From a virus, in IMG/VR virus record IMGVR_UViG_3300007094_000006, positions 32,797 through 96,796 of that record: a stretch of DNA of 64,000 nt; one strand, 5' to 3'. Under the pieces are notes generated by a model. It made no database searches. It saw only the letters and a program-made list of their open reading frames with translations, and had not been told where the DNA came from. A program made the translations under genes and the position numbers. Within the stretch, counting starts at the first letter, position 1. Each line of letters begins with the position of its first letter. This document shows, one piece after another, positions 1-8,883 of this stretch.

Positions 1-20
1 CAAGAACTTCGGAGCGTTTA

Positions 21-437
21 ATGTTAAGTGTATCTAAACTAGAATCAGCATTATTTACTCTATTAACTGAATTTTTTGTAGATAGTAATATTACTTTTTC
101 AGTTAATTACCCAACAACAAAGAATATGTTAGATAATGGAAAAACTGTTATTACTTTCTCTGCTATATCTGATGACATTGAAGGTTCCATTATTTCTAGA
201 GAGATTATTCATCCTTTAGTTTCTTTTTTAGTTTTTAATGCTAATTATGCTAAAAACCGTCAAATTCAAGAATCTTTGATTCAATATTTGCAGTCTTTAA
301 ATCCTTTTAACCTTATTATGCTAAATCAGGAGTCTAATCATAGCTACTTAGCTCGTCGCATCCCTCCTACATTTGATAAATCCCGTGAAATTTTTATTAG
401 TGGCGTTGATTATCGATTTCATATACGAAATGTCTAA
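21..437 (+). CDS. putative tail terminator/completion protein
   Basis: 138 aa, immediately upstream of the tail tube gene; size and C-terminal pattern (FDKSREIFISGVDYRF) fit siphophage tail terminators; mostly positional. Confidence 0.5.
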   Translation: MLSVSKLESALFTLLTEFFVDSNITFSVNYPTTKNMLDNGKTVITFSAISDDIEGSIISREIIHPLVSFLVFNANYAKNRQIQESLIQYLQSLNPFNLIMLNQESNHSYLARRIPPTFDKSREIFISGVDYRFHIRNV

Positions 438-491
438 AAACGCTCATTACCTTAAATAAGTCTGCTAGTAAAAAAAGGATAAATTAAAAAA

Positions 492-1130
492 ATGGCAAAA
501 CGTTCCGGCCCATCTCTAATTGAAATTGGTACAGGTGCGGATAAAATTACTATCACCAATGACCAACAAATGAATGATGCCACGCTGAGGATTGAAAGGG
601 ATGAGTTTACCCTTAGAGACCAAAGTTCCTCTAAACCGGTTGGCTATATTAAAACAGGTATTGAAGGTAAATTGGAAATCTCTATTTCCGACATTTCTGC
701 TCAACAAATTTCTCTTCTTTTTGGTGTGGCTCTCGAATCTAACACTGATACTGTTAATGGTGTTAACTACACTATGCGAAAAGTAGCAGTTACAGACCAA
801 GCAGGTACTCTGATTACTGGTCAAAAAGTTGTATTAAAACCTTATCCCATTCTTACTGACCCCGGTACTACTGCTCCCACTACTACCACTTATAAGGGTA
901 AAACTTATGGTTCTGTCGCATTAGCCGAAGATGCTTTTGATGCTGATGTAGCCGCTTATAAAGCTTGGGTTAATAATTGGGTAACTTTTCCTAACGGTGC
1001 ATTAACCTCTATCAATGGTACTAACTTGGCTTTTGGGTTACAAACTCAACAAGAACTTAAAGTAACTCTAACATCTTTGCCTGATACAGATGGTGTTCGG
1101 ATTATTTTTGGTGATGAAACCGTAGTTTAA
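492..1130 (+). CDS. major tail (tube) protein
   Basis: 212 aa, Thr/Gly-rich, beta-type pattern; AAGGA RBS; followed by a hairpin terminator; next same-strand gene is a tail chaperone. Confidence 0.6.
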   Translation: MAKRSGPSLIEIGTGADKITITNDQQMNDATLRIERDEFTLRDQSSSKPVGYIKTGIEGKLEISISDISAQQISLLFGVALESNTDTVNGVNYTMRKVAVTDQAGTLITGQKVVLKPYPILTDPGTTAPTTTTYKGKTYGSVALAEDAFDADVAAYKAWVNNWVTFPNGALTSINGTNLAFGLQTQQELKVTLTSLPDTDGVRIIFGDETVV

Positions 1131-1146
1131 CCTAATTTTGAAACTG

Positions 1147-1194
1147 AAAAACCCCCCTCCCTTATCGAAAATTTTGGGGAAGGGGGGAATTTTT
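1147..1194 (+). terminator. intrinsic terminator-like hairpin
   Basis: CCCCCCTCCC...GGGGAAGGGGGG stem followed by a T run, after the tail tube stop. Confidence 0.5.
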
Positions 1195-1230
1195 AGCACT
1201 ATTTGAAAGCTTTTGTACTCTTTAGCTAAC

Positions 1231-1521
1231 TCAAATTAGCCCAGAACGCTGAGGTTTAAACTCTAAATTTTTCAATTTTTGAAGTTTTTTCTTAGCAGAG
1301 CGAATGGCAGAAGTTTTTCGTTTTTCAAAATTTGCTTTTGCTTTTTTAGCGGTAAAAAAAGCTGATTTTCCTAAAATATACACTGCGTCGACTCCTATCA
1401 GATTTTTTACGACCGCAAAACGTCCACAGTCTGAAATTTCTGCTTCAGCTTTGAAAACTCCAGATGTTAAGGAGTTCTCGGTTACAAATACTTTGACCAG
1501 TTTTGGTTGTGGATTATTCAT
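1231..1521 (-). CDS. hypothetical basic protein
   Basis: ORF 1231-1548 with likely ATG start (MNNPQPK); Lys-rich C-terminus. Confidence 0.55.
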   Translation of the reverse strand: MNNPQPKLVKVFVTENSLTSGVFKAEAEISDCGRFAVVKNLIGVDAVYILGKSAFFTAKKAKANFEKRKTSAIRSAKKKLQKLKNLEFKPQRSGLI

Positions 1522-1594
1522 CGAAAAAAAAAAAAAGAGAAGGTTCACTTAGTTGTTCCCACCCTATCAAAAAAAATTTTTTTTGTCAACACTC

Positions 1595-2577
1595 AAAAAC
1601 TGTACTACCCATACCAAAATCAATAAAACTCAGTCGTATCAAGGGTTTTAACGATTTAAACTTTAAAAAATACCATTTTAAAATCAATAAAACTCAGTCG
1701 TAGTATGGCTTAGACCCGTTTGTACTATGTAGTAGGGGGGATAACTTTATTTTTTTTGTCCCTACCCATTTGAATCATTGCATTGGGGGTTTAAACACAG
1801 GCATTCCTTTCTGTTCCTTTTGAGGTGGACAGACACTACAGACGCCAAAAACAGCCTTTTCTTGCACTTCGGAGCGGATAATGATACTTTTACCATTAAA
1901 CGAACTTTTAATGGCTAAAAATAGCTAAAAATGGGCAAAATGGCTAAAAATGCCTAAATGGGTAAATATGGGCTAAATATTTAAAATATATATTTAATTT
2001 TTTGATAGGTTGATTTGTGAATACCCTAGGAATAAAGTATCCTAGTATCCTATCCCCCATTCTATTTTTTTTTCGCTATGTATAGCATAGCATGGGAATA
2101 AACAAAATGTCAAGTGGTAGTGGAAAAATATTTTAGGGGGGTGGGGGTAGGCGGGAGTAAGCAAGCAAAAAGTATTAGAGCTTTTGAACTGCGATGATTC
2201 AAATAGGTAGAGACAAAAAAAAAGTTACCCCCCCCCTACTACATAGTACAAACGGGTCTAAGCCATAGCCTGATTGAGTTTTATTGATTTTAAAATGGTG
2301 TTTTTTATACTCTAAAATGTTAAAACCCTTGATATGATTGAGTTTTATTGATTTTGGAATGAGTAGTACAGTTTTTTAGTCCCAAAAATGCGATGATTCA
2401 AATGGGTAGATACAAAAAAAATAAAGTTACCCCCCCTACTACATAGTACAAACGGGTCAAAGCTATACCCTGATTGAGTTTTATTGATTTTAAAATGGTG
2501 TTTTTTAAATCTTAAAACGCTAAAACCCTTGATATGATTGAGTTTTATTGATTTTGGTATAAGTAGTACAGTTTTTT
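1595..2577. repeat. inverted-arm repeat locus 1: arm(+) ~1595-1784, core(-) ~1785-2189, arms(-) ~2190-2375 and ~2388-2577
   Basis: ~190-bp unit (tgtactacc...aaaatcaataaaactc x2...tttgtactatgtagtagggggg...tttgaatcatcgc) and core near-identical to loci at 27.5 and 46 kb. Confidence 0.95.
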
Positions 2578-2673
2578 GATAATCAAAAAAGTAGTTCAAA
2601 TTAGAGATTCTAAAGTTGCAGTATTTTTCGCTCAAATTAAGATTGACTTTCCACTTAAAGATTTGATTTAATT

Positions 2674-3156
2674 ATGCCCGAAACTTTGCCTAAGACTTCT
2701 ATAATTGCCCAATTTTTAGATGAAGGGGAACCATTAGGTACTTTAATGCTAGATGGGACAGAATATAAAATCACAGCCCCTGAAGATTTATCTGAAGCCG
2801 AATATATTGAATATTTTCAAGCTAGAGCAGAAGCTATGGATGTTTTGCTTAGTGTTTACGGTGTTGAAAATGAAGATGGAGAACTAATACTTGAAAAAAG
2901 TGTAGGTGCTTCGGATTCAGTAAAAAAAGCTAAATTAGAAGCTTTAATGTATAAACCTGCCCGTCGAATGGTAGAAGCATTATTAGGAGTACCGGCTGGG
3001 ACATTTAAACGAAAAAGAAGTAAAACAGTGATGTCATTATACAATCATTGTCAACAACTTTTAGAAGAAAAACAAACTGTCGAACCAGTCATCAAAAAAG
3101 AAGGTGTAGAGGAAGATTTAGAAGTCCCTTTGGGTGGGAAAATCGAGCAAGAGTAG
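2674..3156 (+). CDS. tail assembly chaperone (gpG-like)
   Basis: acidic 160 aa; slippery heptamer C CCT TTG at 3126-3132 with an overlapping -1 frame ORF. Confidence 0.65.
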   Translation: MPETLPKTSIIAQFLDEGEPLGTLMLDGTEYKITAPEDLSEAEYIEYFQARAEAMDVLLSVYGVENEDGELILEKSVGASDSVKKAKLEALMYKPARRMVEALLGVPAGTFKRKRSKTVMSLYNHCQQLLEEKQTVEPVIKKEGVEEDLEVPLGGKIEQE

Positions 3157-3467
3157 TGAGATATGTTAACACTCTTATCGATTGTCTACCAATATTTTAT
3201 AGTTTTGGTATTTCTAGATTAGAACTTTTAAAAATGCGCCATTGGGAAGTTCTAGAAATCATATCAGGACACTATAAACATCGTGCTAGATTAGTGCTTG
3301 ATTTGACCGATGCTGTAGCTTTAGGGGCTGGATGGGGTGATGCAGAATCTAAAGAACAAATGCAACGTAATTTAGTGGATAAAGCTGGATTCCCTCGTCG
3401 TAAAACGAAAGTACCTAAAAAGTTCACAGGAAAATCTTGGACTTCTGATTTGATGACTATGGTTTAA
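3126..3467 (+). CDS. -1 frameshift extension of the tail chaperone (gpT-like)
   Basis: ORF 3048-3467 is in the -1 frame relative to 2674-3156, has no obvious ATG/RBS of its own near its 5' end, and is open across the X XXY YYZ heptamer. Confidence 0.6.
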   Translation, partial: PFGWENRARVVRYVNTLIDCLPIFYSFGISRLELLKMRHWEVLEIISGHYKHRARLVLDLTDAVALGAGWGDAESKEQMQRNLVDKAGFPRRKTKVPKKFTGKSWTSDLMTMV

Positions 3468-3552
3468 AGTTCAAGCCCAGCCCTTTTAGAACGGTCAATA
3501 TGCCAATGATGTTCACCCTTTGAAAACAAATAGCCAAATTAAGCAAAATGGA

Positions 3553-4095
3553 ATGTCTAAACTAATTAAATTAACGAATCCTGAAGAAGTTCCTGAGTTA
3601 ATAAAAGAGGCTATTTGTTATTATAGGGGTTGTTTTCCTCAATATTCAGATGCTGAAATAGCCAGACGAGTGAATAAAAATCTTGATTGTATATCTATAG
3701 ACGAAAAACTTGTTTTAGAAATTTTAGAATTAGAGCCAGACCGTCTTTTTAAACATAAATTTGGCGGTGCAGAATCTGTAAAATTGGGGATACTTTTAGG
3801 GGAACTAAAATTTTCAACGTTACACTCTAGAGTCAAATTTTTAACCGATATAATGATAATGGGTAAAGAAGGATATGAAGAACAAAGAGCCACTAACAGA
3901 GGTGATATTGTAACTTTAACAGCTAAAAACCTAAATGCCTCATTAGAAGCACATAAACAATTAGGAATGATTCTAGAAAAAGTTGAAGCTCTGACTGAAC
4001 GAGAGGAAGAAGTCTTTTTAGAAGTTGATGTTTACCCACAATTTTTACCCACATCGAACCTAGCTTCTAATGAAGAAGACGAAGTTTTGAACTAA
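3553..4095 (+). CDS. hypothetical protein, possibly terminase small subunit
   Basis: HTH-like N-terminus (YSDAEIARRVN), helical body, acidic tail; lies upstream of the terminase large subunit. Confidence 0.4.
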   Translation: MSKLIKLTNPEEVPELIKEAICYYRGCFPQYSDAEIARRVNKNLDCISIDEKLVLEILELEPDRLFKHKFGGAESVKLGILLGELKFSTLHSRVKFLTDIMIMGKEGYEEQRATNRGDIVTLTAKNLNASLEAHKQLGMILEKVEALTEREEEVFLEVDVYPQFLPTSNLASNEEDEVLN

Positions 4096-4144
4096 AACAC
4101 ACCTCGCCCATTTCAAGATTAATCCTTCTATTAAAACCTACCAA

Positions 4145-4783
4145 ATGGTCAACATTGCAAAAGGTCTTAAACCCAAGAACCACTCGCAAGCAAAATTCTT
4201 ACAGTCCATTCGAGAAAATACCATAACTTTAGGGATTGGTGAAGCTGGTACAGGAAAAACGTTATTAGCCATGTATGCGGCTATTTTAGCTATAAATAAT
4301 CCTGAATCGCCTATTGATTCTATTCTTTATGTCAGACCATTTGTTAATGAACCAGATGAACAAGATATTGGGGCTTTGCCAGGAGAATACGAGGAAAAAA
4401 TTGATTTATTAGGACTTCCTCTTTGGACTAATTTATCTGAAATTTGTTCCCCTGATGAGCTTAGAAAGTTTAAATCCAGATTAGAAATTTCACATATTGG
4501 AAAACTTAAAGGGGCATCACTATCTAACACATTTATTATTTTTGATGAAGCAGAAGATGCGACTCAAAGACTATTTAATTGTGTAATCACTAGAATATCA
4601 CACGGTTCAAAACTTGTTATTATCGGCGACCCATCCCAAAGTAGTCTTCAATGTGGAGGCTTTTTTCATATTGCGGCACATAGACTATTTAATATTCCAG
4701 ATGTTGGCATTGTTTGGTTTCCTAAAGGTTCGTGCGTAAGACACCCTATAATTCCTCATGTTTTATCTGCTTTAGCGGCTTAA
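4145..4783 (+). CDS. phoH: PhoH-family ATPase
   Basis: GEAGTGKT Walker A, IGALPG, LKGASLSNTFIIFDEAE, TRIS..SKLVIIGDPSQ, VRHP motifs. Confidence 0.92.
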   Translation: MVNIAKGLKPKNHSQAKFLQSIRENTITLGIGEAGTGKTLLAMYAAILAINNPESPIDSILYVRPFVNEPDEQDIGALPGEYEEKIDLLGLPLWTNLSEICSPDELRKFKSRLEISHIGKLKGASLSNTFIIFDEAEDATQRLFNCVITRISHGSKLVIIGDPSQSSLQCGGFFHIAAHRLFNIPDVGIVWFPKGSCVRHPIIPHVLSALAA

Positions 4784-4852
4784 CCCAAAAAAAAGGTTGC
4801 CAACTTTTGTTGGCAACAGTTCACCTTAGTTTAGGGTAGAAAATGAAAAAAC

Positions 4853-5485
4853 TTAACGGAAATCGCCGTCTCCTCGAATAGTACCCGCATTTTTGCGTTT
4901 TGTCAACTTATTAGTATTATCGTCCATGACAGTTTTCAAATCACTATTCATGTCATAGGCGAGTTCATCAATTATCAAAAACATAATGAATAGGTAGGAT
5001 TCACAAAAAACTTGTAAAAGAGACAAGTCTTGATAATTAGAATCACCACGAACATATTTTTTGATAAGTCCTGCTAATGTTCCCGACGCAAAATTAAGAG
5101 CCATATAAGTCCTGAACAAATCAGATTCTTCAAGACTTTTAGTTGACACAGAATCTAGATAATTTTGAACATTAACTATAAAACCTTCGACAGAGCGATA
5201 ACCAAGGTGAATACACAAACGACTTACATAGTAAAGAATATCGCCTAGTTCTAAAAGCAACTTGGTTCGTTCTAAGTCTAAAACACTTTCTTCGATTTCT
5301 AACACACCTTCTTGAAAACCAACAAGCAAGGCAAAAGAGTCGTTAGCAAATTCGTTAATCTCACTAATTAAACCGAGAGTGACGTATTCCAGTGATTTGT
5401 CTGAAGGATATACGACGGTGGTATTTGTGAACTCCCAGTAAGAAGTTAGTGCATTAACAAAGCCATTGTCGATAGATTGACGCAT
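4853..5485 (-). CDS. mazG: MazG-like nucleotide pyrophosphohydrolase
   Basis: LGLISEINE, ELGDILYY and C-terminal NTNKLTKRKNAGTIRGDGDFR typical of phage MazG; apparent second degenerate repeat. Confidence 0.8.
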   Translation of the reverse strand: MRQSIDNGFVNALTSYWEFTNTTVVYPSDKSLEYVTLGLISEINEFANDSFALLVGFQEGVLEIEESVLDLERTKLLLELGDILYYVSRLCIHLGYRSVEGFIVNVQNYLDSVSTKSLEESDLFRTYMALNFASGTLAGLIKKYVRGDSNYQDLSLLQVFCESYLFIMFLIIDELAYDMNSDLKTVMDDNTNKLTKRKNAGTIRGDGDFR

Positions 5486-5632
5486 AATTTAATGGAGTCT
5501 AAATTTAGTTAGACCTAGTATAGCACCTAAAAAAAAATTTGTCAAGGGGGGTTTGAGAATCTGTGAGATTAGGCTCAAAGTTTCGCCCATTATTTAGCTG
5601 AGAGTTTCGATTAACTTTGAATTAAGTTTTGG

Positions 5633-8491
5633 ATGTTAAAAAAGGATAAAACATTAAAGTTATATTTGCACCCCGGTCAACAAACAGTATTTGTTAGTCC
5701 TAAAAGATTTAAAGTATTGGTGAGTTCCCGTAGATACGGTAAATCGAGACTCATGTTGACAATGATTATCGATAAGGCACTCAATTATAAAGGGGCGTAT
5801 GATAAAGCATCACCGCCGGTAGTTTTATTAGGAATGCCATCTTTAAAACAAGCCAAACAAATTCATTGGAATCCTTTAGTAAAATTATTAGAGGGGCATC
5901 CTGGAATCGAAAGAATCTATAAATCTGAATGTAGAATTTCCTTTAAAGGAAACAAACCAGATATAATTTTAAGGGGTTTAAATGAGGACAATGGGGACAA
6001 TTGTAGAGGGTTAAAAATTTATTTCGCAGGATTAGATGAAATGCAAGACATTAAACCTATAGCATGGACGGAAGTAATTATGCCAGCATTAATTGATACA
6101 AAAGGGTCATGTGCTTTATTGACAGGTTGTGTGGCTCCTAACACCTTTGTCTTACCAAGACAAGGCATGACAGAAATTGTTGAATTTAATCAGGATAGTT
6201 GTGCAAAAGAGTATCAACCGCTACAAGACGTTGAGCTTTATGGACTCAATAATGAATTTCATAAAGCAGATTCTTTTTTTAATAATGGATATAGCGATAC
6301 CAAAATCATCACATCTTCTTTTGGATTCACATTAGAAGCTACTTTAAACCATCCTATTTGGACAAAAAATGGCTGGAAAAAAATGGAAGAACTGAAAGAG
6401 GGTGACACAGTGGCTATAGCACATGGTATGAACATTTGGGGTAATAAAGACCCTATAGATGGTTTCAAAATCAAAAGACAATATGTGCCTAAAACAAAAG
6501 GTTGGCTACAACCTAATCAAGGGATGACCAAAGATTTTGCCTATTTTCTTGGTCTATGGTCATTTCAAGGAACCAACAAAAAACAAAATGGTAAGTCTTA
6601 CATTAGCGTAAAAACTACTACTCAACAAATAAGAGAGTTTTTAGAAAGTGGTAAGATTTTAGGGGCTATATTTAAACAAGATGAAGGAAATGTTTGGTCG
6701 TATGTAGATAATGATTTAGTAGAGTTACTAAAGCATATAGGGATGTCCACTGTAAGCCGAAGAAGAAGAACCTTACCATTATGGTTGTTTCAAGGGCGTA
6801 AATCTTGGGCTATCTCTTTTATTCAAGGGTTTATGGACATTGCTGGTTCAATTGGTACTACAGGTAACAGAGTATCAAAAATTATTCATTTCACTTGTAA
6901 TAAAACATTAGCTCAACAATTTCAATTGTTACTTTCTAACTTAGGTGTAATTGCAAAAGTTTTTTCATTACCGCATGACCCTGAAATGGCTCAATTAGAA
7001 CTAACTGGTTCACATTTTGATACTTATTGTGAATTAATTGGTTTTGGGTCTGATAACAAAAAAACAAGTAGTCTAGGAGTACAAAAGTTAAACCCACCCG
7101 ATGAACCTTTTAATTCTGATGACTATTTTTGGGACACTATAGAATCAATTAGTGACTCTGAAAATCAGACTTACGATTTTACAGTACCGAATACAAATTC
7201 TTTCTGGAGTAACGGGTTTATTAGTCATAATACACCTAAAGGTTATGGAACGTTCTTTCACAGTTTGTACGAAAATGGTGATAAATACAAAGATTGGGGT
7301 GCTTTTCATCGTACAATTTATGACAACCCCTTTATTCCTCGTGAAGAAATTGAACGTATAAAAGAATCTTTACCAGAAAAAGTATTTAGACAAGAATGTT
7401 TGGCTTCTTGGGAAAATTTTGATGGTCAGATTTTTTCTTCCTTATCTACTGACAATATTATTCCTGATGAGAATTTACCTACTTACTTTGAACAAGTATA
7501 TTTAGGTGTTGACTGGGGTGATGTCAATCCTGCTTTAGTTGTGGTGGGTAAAATGGGTAACACTTACTTTATTATTGATTTCTGGGAAAATCCTAACCCT
7601 AATACTGCCATTGAACAACGAGTTCATAACGACAAAGCTCTTCAGTTTGTGAGTGAACACAATGTGAGCCGTGCATTTGCTGACCCATCACAACCCGGTC
7701 GAATTTTAACTATGAGAAAGTCTGGGATTCCTAAACTTATGGGGGGTTATAATCGTGTTAATGAAGGTAATGGTATTGTAAACACTTTACTTTATCAAAA
7801 ACGCTTAATGATAGCCGAATCTTGCAGAAGGGTTTATGAAGATATGGGGGCATATCATCGGACAACCAAAGAAGGATTGATTAAAGAAGAAGTCGCTGAA
7901 GCTCAACAAGACCATCTTTGTTTTGTGGCTGGCACACAGGTTTTAACAGAAACTGGTTGGCAAAATATAGAAAGCCTGAAAGTTAAAGACAAAGTGTGGT
8001 CTTCTAAAGGATTACAAAATATTACTTTCACTGGTTCTCGATTAGCAGAAACGGTAGAAGTTAAAGATTACAATTCTTCTGGTATTGTGCGCTGTACTCC
8101 AGACCACCCTTTTTACACGAATAATGGTTTGATAAGTGCTGAAAATCTTAGTGTTATAAACCATTTAAACTATCTTGACCAATCTCAATGGGTGTCACTT
8201 TTAGGGAGCGTCAATAATTTAACGGATTCCCTATGGTCAAGCCCAGCCCTAGAATGTGTAGGTAAATACTCAATAAACCGAGTCTATAACATAGAAGTCG
8301 AAGAGTCACACAATTACTACATCAAAATTGGCTCAAACGCAGTATTAGTTAGTAATTGCGATGCTTTAAGATATGTGTTAGCAACTTTAGAACATAAAAA
8401 CATCGAAAACATTATTCCAGAGGGTTCTGTCATAACCACACCAGAAAGACCCGTTCCAAAGTCTAACTCTTTATTTGCGGGCTTAATTTAA
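5633..8491 (+). CDS. terL: terminase large subunit with two inteins (mature ~438 aa)
   Basis: LHPGQ, SRRYGKS Walker A, GLDE Walker B, TG|TPKG coupling motif, GVDWG nuclease motif, DHL|CDALRY. Confidence 0.95.
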   Translation: MLKKDKTLKLYLHPGQQTVFVSPKRFKVLVSSRRYGKSRLMLTMIIDKALNYKGAYDKASPPVVLLGMPSLKQAKQIHWNPLVKLLEGHPGIERIYKSECRISFKGNKPDIILRGLNEDNGDNCRGLKIYFAGLDEMQDIKPIAWTEVIMPALIDTKGSCALLTGCVAPNTFVLPRQGMTEIVEFNQDSCAKEYQPLQDVELYGLNNEFHKADSFFNNGYSDTKIITSSFGFTLEATLNHPIWTKNGWKKMEELKEGDTVAIAHGMNIWGNKDPIDGFKIKRQYVPKTKGWLQPNQGMTKDFAYFLGLWSFQGTNKKQNGKSYISVKTTTQQIREFLESGKILGAIFKQDEGNVWSYVDNDLVELLKHIGMSTVSRRRRTLPLWLFQGRKSWAISFIQGFMDIAGSIGTTGNRVSKIIHFTCNKTLAQQFQLLLSNLGVIAKVFSLPHDPEMAQLELTGSHFDTYCELIGFGSDNKKTSSLGVQKLNPPDEPFNSDDYFWDTIESISDSENQTYDFTVPNTNSFWSNGFISHNTPKGYGTFFHSLYENGDKYKDWGAFHRTIYDNPFIPREEIERIKESLPEKVFRQECLASWENFDGQIFSSLSTDNIIPDENLPTYFEQVYLGVDWGDVNPALVVVGKMGNTYFIIDFWENPNPNTAIEQRVHNDKALQFVSEHNVSRAFADPSQPGRILTMRKSGIPKLMGGYNRVNEGNGIVNTLLYQKRLMIAESCRRVYEDMGAYHRTTKEGLIKEEVAEAQQDHLCFVAGTQVLTETGWQNIESLKVKDKVWSSKGLQNITFTGSRLAETVEVKDYNSSGIVRCTPDHPFYTNNGLISAENLSVINHLNYLDQSQWVSLLGSVNNLTDSLWSSPALECVGKYSINRVYNIEVEESHNYYIKIGSNAVLVSNCDALRYVLATLEHKNIENIIPEGSVITTPERPVPKSNSLFAGLI
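6128..7231 (+). other. intein 1 in TerL (368 aa, with LAGLIDADG-type endonuclease domain)
   Basis: starts CVAPNT, block B TLNHP, ends SHN followed by Thr; internal AYFLGL and FIQGFMD blocks. Confidence 0.92.
7919..8356 (+). other. mini-intein 2 in TerL (146 aa)
   Basis: starts CFVAGTQV, block B CTPDHPF, block F VYNIEV, ends VSN followed by Cys. Confidence 0.92.
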
Positions 8492-8571
8492 TCAAAGTGG
8501 GTACGCTCAACACTCTAGTAGCGTTATAATAATTTCATTCAAGTTGGAAAAAATAAAAGTTGGAGATAAAA

Positions 8572-8817
8572 ATGAAGTTTAGGAAAAAACCCCTTGTTAT
8601 TGAAGCAGTTCAGTTTATAGGCAACGATGCAGAATGTTTGGCATTCTGTCCTATTGCGAAAGACCCCGTTGATAATAAGGACAACCTGATAATCCCTACA
8701 CTTGAAGGAGAAATGCGTGTTTCATTTGGCGATTGGATTATCAAGGGGGTGAACGGCGAGTTCTATCCGTGCAAGCCTGACATCTTTGAAAAGACTTATG
8801 ACAAAGTTAAAGTCTAA
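8572..8817 (+). CDS. small conserved phage protein (RKKPxVIEAVQF / [20 protein letters not shown] family)
   Basis: recognisable widespread phage family motif; flanked by a ~65-bp direct repeat. Confidence 0.85.
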   Translation: MKFRKKPLVIEAVQFIGNDAECLAFCPIAKDPVDNKDNLIIPTLEGEMRVSFGDWIIKGVNGEFYPCKPDIFEKTYDKVKV

Positions 8818-8883
8818 CTCTTTATTTGCTGGTTTAATTTAATCCTAAAATCGCCCAACACTCTAGTAGCGTTGGGTTTTTAA

